Source: an archaeon (GTDB lineage: Archaea; Micrarchaeota; Micrarchaeia; CAILAH01). Taken from it: a DNA stretch of 58,878 bases. The stretch covers positions 1 through 58,878 of the forward strand of contig JAJSAH010000012.1 in NCBI GenBank assembly GCA_024274875.1, in the 5' to 3' direction. Both the position numbers and the translations under genes were made by a program. Numbering within the stretch: position 1 is the first letter of the stretch; each line of letters begins with the position of its first letter. The notes below the pieces were generated by a model. The model made no database searches and was not told the DNA's origin. It saw only the letters and a list, made by a program, of their open reading frames with translations. Shown here piece after piece: positions 34,288 through 43,026 of the stretch.

Positions 34288-34743
34288 ATGAATGCGTTTA
34301 GAAGAGGTCAAGGATCTACGGAATATCTTGTGCTGTTAGCAGTGGCTTTGATAGTGGCTTTAGTAGCGATCGCATTGCTTGGCTGGTTCCCGGGAGTAAG
34401 TGCTGATACAAGAGAGGCGCAGAGCAGAGCATACTGGAATGGTGCGCAGCCGTTCTCAATACTTGAATACAGGATTAATGGAACGTCCGTTGCATTGCAG
34501 TTGCTGAACACAAGAACTGAGAGATTGACGCTGGTGAACATTTCTCTGACTGGCGATGACATCGGCGTCACGCAAACGGTTTTCAAAGGCGGAGAAATCA
34601 AGCAGATTACGGGAACTTTAGCTACGAGCTGTGGCAATGCGGGAGATCTGTTTGAGTACGACGTTGTGTTCACATACAACACGAAACACATCAACGGAAT
34701 CAAGCAGACTGGCATAAAGCCGCTCGTAGGAAAATGCAGTTAA
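34288..34743 (+). CDS. Type IV pilin (class III signal peptide, Gln at +1), major pilin candidate
   Basis: MNAFRRG-QGSTEYLVLLAVALIVALVAIALLG. 151 aa, with its own promoter-like region and a strong SD. Confidence 0.8.
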   Translation: MNAFRRGQGSTEYLVLLAVALIVALVAIALLGWFPGVSADTREAQSRAYWNGAQPFSILEYRINGTSVALQLLNTRTERLTLVNISLTGDDIGVTQTVFKGGEIKQITGTLATSCGNAGDLFEYDVVFTYNTKHINGIKQTGIKPLVGKCS

Positions 34744-34751
34744 ATGAACAG

Positions 34752-35312
34752 CTAATCTAATTTTATTTTTTCAATATATTTTCCTTTTCGCATTATTTTT
34801 GGGGGAACTGAAGTATAATCAACGATGGTTGAAGGAATGCTTGACGAGTTAAAATTATCAGGATTATCTTGCACGCAGCACGCGGCCCTCTTCATCTCCT
34901 CTGGAACCTGAGAAATTGAAGCGGGCGATTGCTCACCACTGTAATTGGCGCTAGTTGATACTATAGGATTCCCTAAGTCACGTATAATCCTAGCAATAAA
35001 CGGAGAATCCGGTATGCGCGCGCATACTTTGCCTCCTTTAACAACCTTCCTGCACAACTCTGCCCCTGGTTTAGAGCGGAGTATCATCGAAACGCCTCTA
35101 ACAACCTCAAAACCATCAGGCGCATCACAATAACGCAACAGCATATCAATATCAGACATCAAGAGTATGAATGGCTTGCTGAAATCCCGCTTCTTAAGTT
35201 CATATATCGCATCCACTGCATCGCAATCCGTTGCATCGCAGCTTAAACCCCATATGGTATCTGTCTTCAAAAGCGCGATTTTACCTTCTTTTAAGCATTC
35301 AACAACATCCAT
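34752..35312 (-). CDS. tsaC: L-threonylcarbamoyladenylate synthase, YrdC-domain only (t6A biosynthesis)
   Basis: LKTDTIWGLSCDA, PFILLM, VSTSANYSGE. Confidence 0.8.
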   Translation of the reverse strand: MDVVECLKEGKIALLKTDTIWGLSCDATDCDAVDAIYELKKRDFSKPFILLMSDIDMLLRYCDAPDGFEVVRGVSMILRSKPGAELCRKVVKGGKVCARIPDSPFIARIIRDLGNPIVSTSANYSGEQSPASISQVPEEMKRAACCVQDNPDNFNSSSIPSTIVDYTSVPPKIMRKGKYIEKIKLD

Positions 35313-35345
35313 ACATTTATAAAATTGACAACATATTTTAAGTTT

Positions 35346-36086
35346 ATGGAGATAGAGGATGCGATTCTTGCATTATCAATATTCCTCTTCATCTCAACTT
35401 TTATTATAAGCGCGCTGAACACTGATGGAATGCTTGCTTCGGATCTTTTGCCTGTCGGCTTAAGCCTGCTTGCAATCATCATGCTGCACTTATTAAAAAC
35501 AACATATGATGTGAAAAACATAAATTATTTCATAACTGCGTTCGCGTTATGGTTCTTGGCTGAGTCCATATGGCTGTTTGCAAATTCATACGGCATAGGC
35601 AAAACAATATATGCAAACATATTCTGGCTAAGCGGATACCCTTTCCTGTTCGCAGCAATGATGGACCTGCGCAAACGATACTTCTTTCAGCACGGCCCGG
35701 CCGCTAAAATTATGATTGTTATAGCAGTGGCAACAGTCGCAGTCGCAGCAATGTGCATAACAAATATTGCTGAGATCCGCGAACTGACTGCAGAAAATAT
35801 TAATTTGATAATAAGTACGGCATACCCCATAATGGATATCCTGCTGTTCAGCGCAGCGCTGTACACCGCAACAGGCATGATAGGCGCGCGAAATACCATA
35901 CTGCTGATCGCGCTGAGCATGCTCGCGTTCGCAACGTATGATCTAGGATATTTGTATGCAATCAAGCAAGATGTATATTATGACTATGCTTACCTGTACT
36001 TAGACCCAATATACAACGCAGGATATGCGCTCATAATTTATGCAGCATATCTCAGGTACAAAATAACAAAAACATCTACTAAATAA
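35346..36086 (+). CDS. Hypothetical polytopic membrane protein (about 7 TM helices)
   Basis: The track start at 35325 is TTG and the first ATG is at 35346. The whole protein is hydrophobic. No family recognised. Confidence 0.45.
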   Translation: MEIEDAILALSIFLFISTFIISALNTDGMLASDLLPVGLSLLAIIMLHLLKTTYDVKNINYFITAFALWFLAESIWLFANSYGIGKTIYANIFWLSGYPFLFAAMMDLRKRYFFQHGPAAKIMIVIAVATVAVAAMCITNIAEIRELTAENINLIISTAYPIMDILLFSAALYTATGMIGARNTILLIALSMLAFATYDLGYLYAIKQDVYYDYAYLYLDPIYNAGYALIIYAAYLRYKITKTSTK

Positions 36087-36120
36087 ACTTTAAACATTTT
36101 TTGAGCTTAAACAGGTATAT

Positions 36121-36216
36121 GCCCCCATAGTATAGCCTGGATAGTATGCAGCCCTGCGGAATGCTCGTTTAAAATGCGGCAAGGCTGAGGGCTGGGTTCA
36201 AATCCCAGTGGGGGCG
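36121..36216 (+). tRNA. tRNA-Arg (anticodon GCG) with a 22-nt intron in the anticodon loop
   Basis: Acceptor GCCCCCA/TGGGGGC, anticodon stem CAGCC/GGCTG, loop CTGCGGA after removal of 22 nt, T arm CTGGG-TTCAAAT-CCCAG, discriminator G. A TATA-like ctttaaac lies about 27 nt upstream. Confidence 0.8.
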
Positions 36217-36225
36217 TCCAACCCT

Positions 36226-36651
36226 CTAAATCAGTATGTATATGCCAAGCGTGATAAGCGAAGCGCCTATGAGCACCTGATACCAATCAATCGGCGCTTC
36301 GTTGAGCATGAACACGCCCATAACCGAAACGAATAGTATGCTTAACCCAATCAACGGGGACAACCTGGCTATTTCTAAACCTGAGTGCAATGAACTGAAC
36401 AGTATTAATAAACCTATCGCCCAAAACATCCCTGCAAGCAGCGATACCATAACAGGGCCATCAACAACAAACATTGGACGATTGAATGCAGCGTATATAA
36501 GGAATACAAAAAACGCGCCCAATCCTAAAAAGAATATCTGGGATTTAATATCCGACCTGAACATCACCGAAAGTTTAATGAGAATAAGATAAATCGACCA
36601 TATTATGGCTATCGCAAGACCTATGGAAATAGCGCGGAAATCTGCACCCAT
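36226..36651 (-). CDS. Small EamA/DMT-like membrane protein (half-size, 4-5 TM helices)
   Basis: 141 aa, entirely hydrophobic, with an EamA-like helix pattern. Confidence 0.45.
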   Translation of the reverse strand: MGADFRAISIGLAIAIIWSIYLILIKLSVMFRSDIKSQIFFLGLGAFFVFLIYAAFNRPMFVVDGPVMVSLLAGMFWAIGLLILFSSLHSGLEIARLSPLIGLSILFVSVMGVFMLNEAPIDWYQVLIGASLITLGIYILI

Positions 36652-36672
36652 AACCGAATATATGCACTAAAA

Positions 36673-38079
36673 TTAATATGGCTTGCCTAAAACCACTTGT
36701 TTCCCTTCCTTGCCGCATACTATGCATTTCCTATCTTTCATCTCGCCGCCCTCATAACCAAGCACATCAACAGCAAGCGATTTAAGCTTCTCAACGCATT
36801 CCATATCACCGCACCAACCAGCAGTAATAAATCCTCTCTTAGAGTTCATTATGTCTGCAAGCTCATCAAATGAACCTGCATCGCTTAAATGATCATCAAA
36901 GAATTTGCGTGCGGCATCGCGCAAATGCGCTGAATACGACTTAATAACAGATAATATTGCATCATCAAATGCATCATAATCAACCTGCAACTTATTGCCC
37001 AATCTATCCACAATGGTTAGTTTCTTCTTCTCAATATCGCGCATGCCAGCCTCAACTCTCACAGGAACGCCTTTCAATTCCCAATAGTAAAACTTATCGC
37101 CAGGTCTCTTATCACCATCATCATACCTGCACCTATACTTCTTGTTTGCGCGTCCATACGCTTCACGCAGGTATTCATCAACCTCATTCTTATTGCCCTT
37201 GGAGTATATAGGTATGAATACTATTTGAACTGGGGAAATATCAAACGGAAGAACTAAACCTTTGTCATCGCCATGAACAGATAAAACCGCAGCAAGCGCG
37301 CGCATGCTTATACCATACGATGATTGGTGAACGTGCTTGTTCTCGCCGTCCTCATCGCAGAACATAACATCATACGCTTTTGCAAAATTTTGGCCGAGGT
37401 TATGCACGGTCCCAATTTGCAATGTCTTGCCGTCAGGCATTACCGTATCAAATGCATATGTGTAATCTGCACCGGCAAACTTATCATGCTCGGGACGCTT
37501 GATTAATTTGAACGGCAAACATAACTGTTCATAAAATCTCCTGTAAATATCTATTATGCTCTCTACATGATGCACTGCATCATCACGCGTTGCATGCGCT
37601 GAATGCCCTTCATTCCAGTACACTTCCCTGCCCCTAATCAACGGCCGCGTGGCTTTCGTCTCATGCCTGTATATGGCAGTCGTCTGGTATACTTTTAGCG
37701 GAAGGTCTGCATGCGACCGTATCCACAACGCAAATATAGGATACATCGAAGTTTCAGAAGTCGGTCTCAAAACCAACTGCTCCTCAAGCATATTCTTGCC
37801 GCCGTGAGTAACCCACAATACTTCGCCTTCAAAACCTCTTATATGCTCGCTTTCTCTTGAAAATATTGTTTGGGGAATTGCCACAGGAAACAGCACCTTA
37901 TCATGCCCAGCCTCATCAAGCATATGTTCAAGAATGCCAAACATGTAATCCATTGCCCTGAAACCCCACGGCATGTACACAGGCATGCCCTTTATAGGGT
38001 ATCTTACATCAACTATGCCCGCCTCAAACAATACCTTTGAGTACCATTCAGAAAAATTGCCTTCTTTTTTCAGTTCCAT
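36673..38079 (-). CDS. proS: Prolyl-tRNA synthetase, archaeal type
   Basis: LRPTSETSMYP, YQTTAIYRHE, C-terminal Cys cluster CIVCGKEG, terminal Tyr. Confidence 0.9.
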   Translation of the reverse strand: MELKKEGNFSEWYSKVLFEAGIVDVRYPIKGMPVYMPWGFRAMDYMFGILEHMLDEAGHDKVLFPVAIPQTIFSRESEHIRGFEGEVLWVTHGGKNMLEEQLVLRPTSETSMYPIFALWIRSHADLPLKVYQTTAIYRHETKATRPLIRGREVYWNEGHSAHATRDDAVHHVESIIDIYRRFYEQLCLPFKLIKRPEHDKFAGADYTYAFDTVMPDGKTLQIGTVHNLGQNFAKAYDVMFCDEDGENKHVHQSSYGISMRALAAVLSVHGDDKGLVLPFDISPVQIVFIPIYSKGNKNEVDEYLREAYGRANKKYRCRYDDGDKRPGDKFYYWELKGVPVRVEAGMRDIEKKKLTIVDRLGNKLQVDYDAFDDAILSVIKSYSAHLRDAARKFFDDHLSDAGSFDELADIMNSKRGFITAGWCGDMECVEKLKSLAVDVLGYEGGEMKDRKCIVCGKEGKQVVLGKPY

Positions 38080-38114
38080 AGTATTTTTTGATGAATCAAT
38101 TTTATTAAATTAAA

Positions 38115-38522
38115 TCAAATATCAAACAAAACGCTTAGTTTTGTTTTCTGGTGTGTCCTTTCAATTTTAAAATCATGAAAAGTAGCTGCCTTTATATGCA
38201 GTTTTGCATCTGAATCGCACAAATGCAACTTAACCTTTGCGGTTAGGTTCTGCTCATCTAACTCAAGCACATCAATACTGCATCCAACTTTCCCGCTTGC
38301 ATCCATCTCAGCAAGAATGCGCGTGAATACATTAACTATTAAATCCTGCAAATCCAATCCCTTCTCATCAAATATCATTGATTCATGCGTTCCAAACTTG
38401 CAAAAATTAGATATGGAATTGAATAAACCTTGAGCAACGCTTTCCATTGCCTCTTTAACATCCCTGCCCTCCCCTTGAATGTATAGATCGCTTGTATGCT
38501 CAAGGTATTTATAACCCTGCAT
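38115..38522 (-). CDS. Archease (RtcB cofactor)
   Basis: YKYLEHTSDLYIQGEG signature. The track start at 38531 is TTG. The ATG at 38520-38522 lies one nt after the P1 stop. Confidence 0.85.
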   Translation of the reverse strand: MQGYKYLEHTSDLYIQGEGRDVKEAMESVAQGLFNSISNFCKFGTHESMIFDEKGLDLQDLIVNVFTRILAEMDASGKVGCSIDVLELDEQNLTAKVKLHLCDSDAKLHIKAATFHDFKIERTHQKTKLSVLFDI

Positions 38523-38523
38523 T

Positions 38524-38829
38524 TTATCCAAACAAGTTCGCTAATCCAGCTGCTGCTTCCTCCTCCTTCTTTTCTTCACTTTCCTCTGCTTTCTCTTCCA
38601 TCTTCTCCTCGCCGCCTGCTGCCGGCTGCGCCGCCGGAGCTGCTGCCACAGGCAGTGCAGCGTTCTTCAATGCTTCCTCTATGTTCACTCCGTCAAGCGC
38701 TGAAACCAATGCCTCAACCTTTGCGTCATTGACTTCAACACCCGCAGCTTTAAGAACGCTTGAAACGTTCTCCTTGTTTATCTCTTTCTTTGCACTGTGC
38801 AACAACAATGCCGCATATACATACTCCAT
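38524..38829 (-). CDS. rpl12: Ribosomal stalk protein P1 (L12)
   Basis: [17 protein letters not shown]..., Ala/Glu-rich linker, C-terminal GLANLFG. Confidence 0.9.
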   Translation of the reverse strand: MEYVYAALLLHSAKKEINKENVSSVLKAAGVEVNDAKVEALVSALDGVNIEEALKNAALPVAAAPAAQPAAGGEEKMEEKAEESEEKKEEEAAAGLANLFG

Positions 38830-38833
38830 TACA

Positions 38834-39694
38834 TCAACCTCCTATGAATGTTTTTATGGCGTTTGCGTGCGCCTGAGCTTTTGAGAGCACAATATCAACC
38901 ACATCTTTTTCAAGTATGCCTTCGCTGACTGCAAGATTGCGCGCGTTGCTGAACGCTTTCGCGAGCAACAGTTCAACATTATCTTTGGTTGGGTATGCAA
39001 TCTCAACTGATAAAGCGCGCGCATCGCTGAACGCCTTAACCAAGTTATCTAAATATGCCTGCTCATCAACATCAAGCACATCGCGCGCATAAACTATGCC
39101 GTTGCGGAACGCCGCATCTACTTCCACGCCAATCTCGAACGGCTTAATATCAAGCTTTTGCAATATTTTTGCAACATTTTCGTTTATCGCTTCGCCTTTT
39201 TTAACCAATGTTTTATCCTTGCTTATGTGTATCTTTCCGCCAACTATCTTCACATCGAGCCCTGCCTGCTTAAACTCGGAAAGAACAGGCCCTGCAGGGA
39301 ACTGCGTTTCCCCGGCAGGCACAACAATATCTGAGGGAGCAATCTGGCCTGGCTTTGCGTACGCCTGCCCTCTGCTTCGTTTGAGTTCTTTGAACAACTT
39401 AAATGGGTTAATGTTTGATAAAATCAATCCGTACGGTCCTGATGACGCCTGCACAAACTCCTCAGGCAGTTTGGCTGCTTTGAGCGCTCTATCGAGCACT
39501 GCGCTCTTGCCAATCCTGAACACTGCCTGGCCGCGCAGTTTTGATTTGGCGCGCTGCAAATACCTCGCAGGCAATGCGGTTAATCTGAATAATGCCACCA
39601 CTGGATATTTAGCAATCTCTTTCGACAACTCCTTAACCTGCTTCTCCTTCATCAACCTGTTAGCGCTTTTTCTGACCATAGTTGCTTCAGCCAT
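38834..39694 (-). CDS. rplP0: Ribosomal stalk protein P0 (L10)
   Basis: Position between L1 and P1. [28 protein letters not shown]. The track start at 39703 is TTG and the first ATG is at 39692-39694. Confidence 0.85.
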   Translation of the reverse strand: MAEATMVRKSANRLMKEKQVKELSKEIAKYPVVALFRLTALPARYLQRAKSKLRGQAVFRIGKSAVLDRALKAAKLPEEFVQASSGPYGLILSNINPFKLFKELKRSRGQAYAKPGQIAPSDIVVPAGETQFPAGPVLSEFKQAGLDVKIVGGKIHISKDKTLVKKGEAINENVAKILQKLDIKPFEIGVEVDAAFRNGIVYARDVLDVDEQAYLDNLVKAFSDARALSVEIAYPTKDNVELLLAKAFSNARNLAVSEGILEKDVVDIVLSKAQAHANAIKTFIGG

Positions 39695-39699
39695 AAATA

Positions 39700-40341
39700 T
39701 CAACCCACCTTAACCGGCTCACCCATGGTAAGCTTTATGTATATGTTCTTTATGTTCGCATCATTCACTTTGGTTTTCAGCAATTCAAGAACCGCGCTTA
39801 TGTTCTCCATTAGATCATTTGGGCTCATCTCCTCCGTGCCGACAGGAACATGAATAACGGGCATGTATTTGCCCTTGGTGCGCACAACAACAGTTCTTCT
39901 AATCCTATCCATAAGATCAGATGCTTTGCCGGCAAACGGCTTTGGCATCTTGCCTCTCGTGCCCAATACTTGTCCAAGGTTCTTACCTATGGAAACCATA
40001 AGCTTAGGTTCTGCTAGAAAAGAATATTCTTTAACGACTTTTTTAAGTTCTGCCTTATTTTTAGCGAGCTTCTCAATTTGGTCTGAGCCGAACACTGCAT
40101 CTGCGCCTGCTTTCTTAGCGTCGCTCGCAGCCTGCCCATCAGCAAACACTGCAATCTTCACCTGTTTTCCTCTGCCTTTTGGCAGCGGAATCTCTAAATT
40201 AAGCCTATTCTCTGGCTTCGTAAAATCCAAACCCCTAAAATTCACTATCAGCTCAACCGTCTGAATAAACTTCTTCGAGCCTTTGCCTTCAAGCGCCTGC
40301 TCGACTGCTTTCAATAATGTGTCGTTATTTATCGGTGCCAT
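39700..40341 (-). CDS. rpl1: Ribosomal protein L1
   Basis: FIQTVELIVNFRGLDF and GKASDLMDRIRRTVVVRTK. The track start is GTG at 40347. The ATG at 40339-40341 has SD ggagg 8 nt upstream. Confidence 0.9.
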   Translation of the reverse strand: MAPINNDTLLKAVEQALEGKGSKKFIQTVELIVNFRGLDFTKPENRLNLEIPLPKGRGKQVKIAVFADGQAASDAKKAGADAVFGSDQIEKLAKNKAELKKVVKEYSFLAEPKLMVSIGKNLGQVLGTRGKMPKPFAGKASDLMDRIRRTVVVRTKGKYMPVIHVPVGTEEMSPNDLMENISAVLELLKTKVNDANIKNIYIKLTMGEPVKVG

Positions 40342-40499
40342 AATCACATCCTCCCGCCGAAACTAATTTATAGGCGGTGCATACGGAATGGTATGTTAAA
40401 CCACGAAAATTATATAAACATTTTTCAGCGCGGTTGCGCCGCCTAATAGAAGGGTTTATTAAAGCGAAAAAAGATAAGTCTATTCGTGGGGGTAATGAG

Positions 40500-41333
40500 A
40501 TGGTTAGAAAGACCAAGGTAAAATCTGCCGCAAAAGTCGGCAAAAACCTCCGTAAATCACTCGAAGTCGCAAAGAAACGCATTGAGGAAACTAAAATGAG
40601 TGATGAAGAACTCATGAATATCAAGCGCAGATATGATGTGGCAAGCGTTGGGGAGCTCACTCCTGTGCTGCTCATAGTGATTGCGAATTCCATGGCTAAT
40701 CATAAGTTTTCAGATAAGATAGATGACACATCAAAATTCAAAAAATACAAAAAAATGGTTGATAAAGCAATATGCCCAAAGGCAGAGAATGAAGAGAGCG
40801 TTATAAAAACGCTGATGATGGGAACAGTTACCGCAGCAAACGATGTGCGGATAATACTCGATAATTATAAGAAGGAGATTGATGGGCTTAAACAGAGGCA
40901 GGCAGAAAGATTTGCGAATGTATGGGGCAATATGCCAAAGCTGTCCACTACATTAAAGAGAGTAGGAATAAAACTGGCTGCGATCGGTTTGGCGGGCGGG
41001 CTTTGGAACGAACTGTACAATTTGCTCAAAGATAGATATTTCAGCCAGGCTACCAGTTATATACTAACTACTTTGTCAGCCGCAGGAGCATTTCTGTTCA
41101 TGGACAGGTTTTTCCTCACAATGATGTCATACATAATGAAAGGAATTGACAGGGTTTTCGTAAGCATAAAAGCATATTTAATCGAACGGAAATATGTGCG
41201 CAGGAAGATGGATGCGTTGCAGGTGTTCGGCAGAATTTTCAAAGAGATTATTGAGAACAGCACTAACCAAGAGTTAGGAGATATTGATAGGAGAACTATA
41301 AAGAAAGTGTGCAGAAACCTGCCAAAAATATAA
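40500..41333 (+). CDS. Hypothetical protein with a basic N-terminus and 2-3 TM helices
   Basis: ATG at 40500 preceded by SD gggggt. No family recognised. Confidence 0.4.
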   Translation: MVRKTKVKSAAKVGKNLRKSLEVAKKRIEETKMSDEELMNIKRRYDVASVGELTPVLLIVIANSMANHKFSDKIDDTSKFKKYKKMVDKAICPKAENEESVIKTLMMGTVTAANDVRIILDNYKKEIDGLKQRQAERFANVWGNMPKLSTTLKRVGIKLAAIGLAGGLWNELYNLLKDRYFSQATSYILTTLSAAGAFLFMDRFFLTMMSYIMKGIDRVFVSIKAYLIERKYVRRKMDALQVFGRIFKEIIENSTNQELGDIDRRTIKKVCRNLPKI

Positions 41334-41359
41334 AATATGAATGCGCATAATAACGATTA

Positions 41360-42445
41360 ATGGGAATTCAGGATAAAATTAAGGAGATTGAAGAGGAGAT
41401 TCGCAAAACTCAATACAATAAAGCTACTGAGCATCATATAGGCCTTCTTAAAGCAAAACTTGCAAAACTGAGAGCACAACTCATCAAAGGCGGTAAAAAA
41501 GGCGGCGGGGGCGGGTTTGATGTGCGGAAAGGCGGTGATGCGCGAGCAGTTATGATTGGGTATCCATCCACAGGCAAGTCAACGCTTCTTGCAAAAATAA
41601 CAAAAGCCAAATCAAAGAGCGGCGCGTACGCATTCACTACGCTTGATGTGGTTCCTGGATTGCTTGAGTATAAAGGCGCAAAGATACAGATGCTCGATTT
41701 GCCGGGGATAATACGCGGCGCTGCAAAAGGGAGCGGCAGAGGGAAGGAGGTATTGTCAGTTGCGCGCAGCGCTGACCTTGTAATACTTTTCGTTGATGTA
41801 TTCAATCCAGATTTTGAAGGGCTTGCCAAAGAACTGTATGAGATAGGAGTGCGCCTTGATAAAAAGCCGCCCGATGTCAGTATAACTAAACTGGATAGCG
41901 GTGGAATATCCATAAGCAGAACTGTTGAATGTCCTGAATTGAGCGATAAAACAATAATTAACGTGCTTTCGGTGTATGGGATACACAACGCAAATGTGAT
42001 CATACGCAGCAAAACCAATGTTGATGAATTTGTTGATGCAGTTGTTGGGAACAGAGTGTACTGCAAATCGCTCAAAGTAGTGAACAAAGTTGATTTAGTA
42101 AACAGCAGATACCTTAATGAATTGCGAAATAAGATAGGAGATTTTGTAAGCATGTCTGCTGAAACGGGGAAAGGGATTGATGAATTCAAGGAAAGATTGT
42201 ATAATCGGCTTGATTTGATAAGAGTGTATACGAAATCGCGGTTTGAAGGCGCAGATTTTGAGGAACCGCTCGTGATAAAAAGCGGCTCAACGATTGAAGA
42301 TGTGTGCGCATCGATACACAGAGATTTGTTGAAGAACTTTAAGTATGCGCTGATAACTGGGCCAAGCGCAAAATTCAAAAATCAGAGGGTTGGGCTGAAA
42401 CACAAAGTGAAAGATGGGGATGTAATACAGATTTTTGCGAGATGA
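41360..42445 (+). CDS. DRG/Rbg-family GTPase with a C-terminal TGS domain
   Basis: MGIQDKIKEIEEEIRKTQYNKATEHHIGLLKAKLAKL. G1 motif GYPSTGKST, DLPG, NKVD. Confidence 0.85.
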   Translation: MGIQDKIKEIEEEIRKTQYNKATEHHIGLLKAKLAKLRAQLIKGGKKGGGGGFDVRKGGDARAVMIGYPSTGKSTLLAKITKAKSKSGAYAFTTLDVVPGLLEYKGAKIQMLDLPGIIRGAAKGSGRGKEVLSVARSADLVILFVDVFNPDFEGLAKELYEIGVRLDKKPPDVSITKLDSGGISISRTVECPELSDKTIINVLSVYGIHNANVIIRSKTNVDEFVDAVVGNRVYCKSLKVVNKVDLVNSRYLNELRNKIGDFVSMSAETGKGIDEFKERLYNRLDLIRVYTKSRFEGADFEEPLVIKSGSTIEDVCASIHRDLLKNFKYALITGPSAKFKNQRVGLKHKVKDGDVIQIFAR

Positions 42446-42446
42446 T

Positions 42447-43019
42447 TTACTTTTTTGCAAACACTAAATATGCTGTATGCATCAATCCAAACTGCTCAGG
42501 CCTGCACCCAAAATCCCTTATCGCATAGAATGTATTGCTTGCTGTCATGGTGAATGCATCGCTGAATATCTCCTGGGATTTGAGATGGAAGGATTTTGCC
42601 TGCTCTATGTTGGGGCAATACCCAACTAAAAATCCGCCGTTTTTTATGCGGCCATGCATCATCTCAACTAATCTATCAGAATCTTTCATATCGAGAAAAA
42701 TTAAGTCAAGGTTGTTCTCTGAAATATTTGCGATATCATCATTCTTTAAAACAATGTTCTTGATCCCAAGTTTATCGATATTGTTAAGCGCAACTGAATA
42801 ATGCTCTGCTCGAATCTCATATGAATAAACCTTCTTTGCTATGCGCGCGAACTGGATCGCCATAAATCCAGAACCTGATCCTGCTTCAGCTATCTTACTG
42901 TTTCTGCCTATCCCAGTTAATGCTATCACTGCACCGAAATCCTTTGGGAGAACTACCTGCGCCCTGCGCTTTAACCTATTCAGATCATCTGGGAGATGCA
43001 AATCTTTCTTCATGCGCAT
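42447..43019 (-). CDS. trmI: tRNA (adenine-N1) methyltransferase, TrmI/Gcd14 catalytic-domain family
   Basis: RRAQVVLPKDFGAVIALTGI and EAGSGSGFMAIQFA (SAM motif I), LDMKD. Confidence 0.65.
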   Translation of the reverse strand: MRMKKDLHLPDDLNRLKRRAQVVLPKDFGAVIALTGIGRNSKIAEAGSGSGFMAIQFARIAKKVYSYEIRAEHYSVALNNIDKLGIKNIVLKNDDIANISENNLDLIFLDMKDSDRLVEMMHGRIKNGGFLVGYCPNIEQAKSFHLKSQEIFSDAFTMTASNTFYAIRDFGCRPEQFGLMHTAYLVFAKK

Positions 43020-43026
43020 GCACCTG

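Noticed and set aside
23582-34743. Calling the filament locus an archaellum (motility) operon because of the FlaH-like, FlaI-like and FlaJ-like genes
   Set aside because: The platform is split in two. Four leaders have Gln at +1 with a QxSxE start, typical of Epd-type pilins. No archaellin-like protein of 200-300 aa is evident. The question is left open in the finding and needs phylogeny.
39096-39713. 205-aa plus-strand ORF
   Set aside because: Antisense to ribosomal protein P0. Shadow ORF. The same reasoning applies to 38492-38884 (antisense to P1), 44536-45150, 48430-49023, 31636-32166, 27112-27630 and 20433-20837.
40350-40377. Hairpin ccgcc-N14-ggcgg overlapping the rpl1 Shine-Dalgarno as an L1 autoregulatory site
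   Set aside because: The stem is only 5 bp with a 14-nt loop. It has no resemblance that I can verify to the 23S L1-binding site mimic known from Methanococcus. Too weak to call.
41434-42378. 314-aa minus-strand ORF
   Set aside because: Antisense to the DRG-family GTPase gene. The translation is Ser/Leu/Phe/Thr-rich with no motifs. This is a typical shadow ORF.
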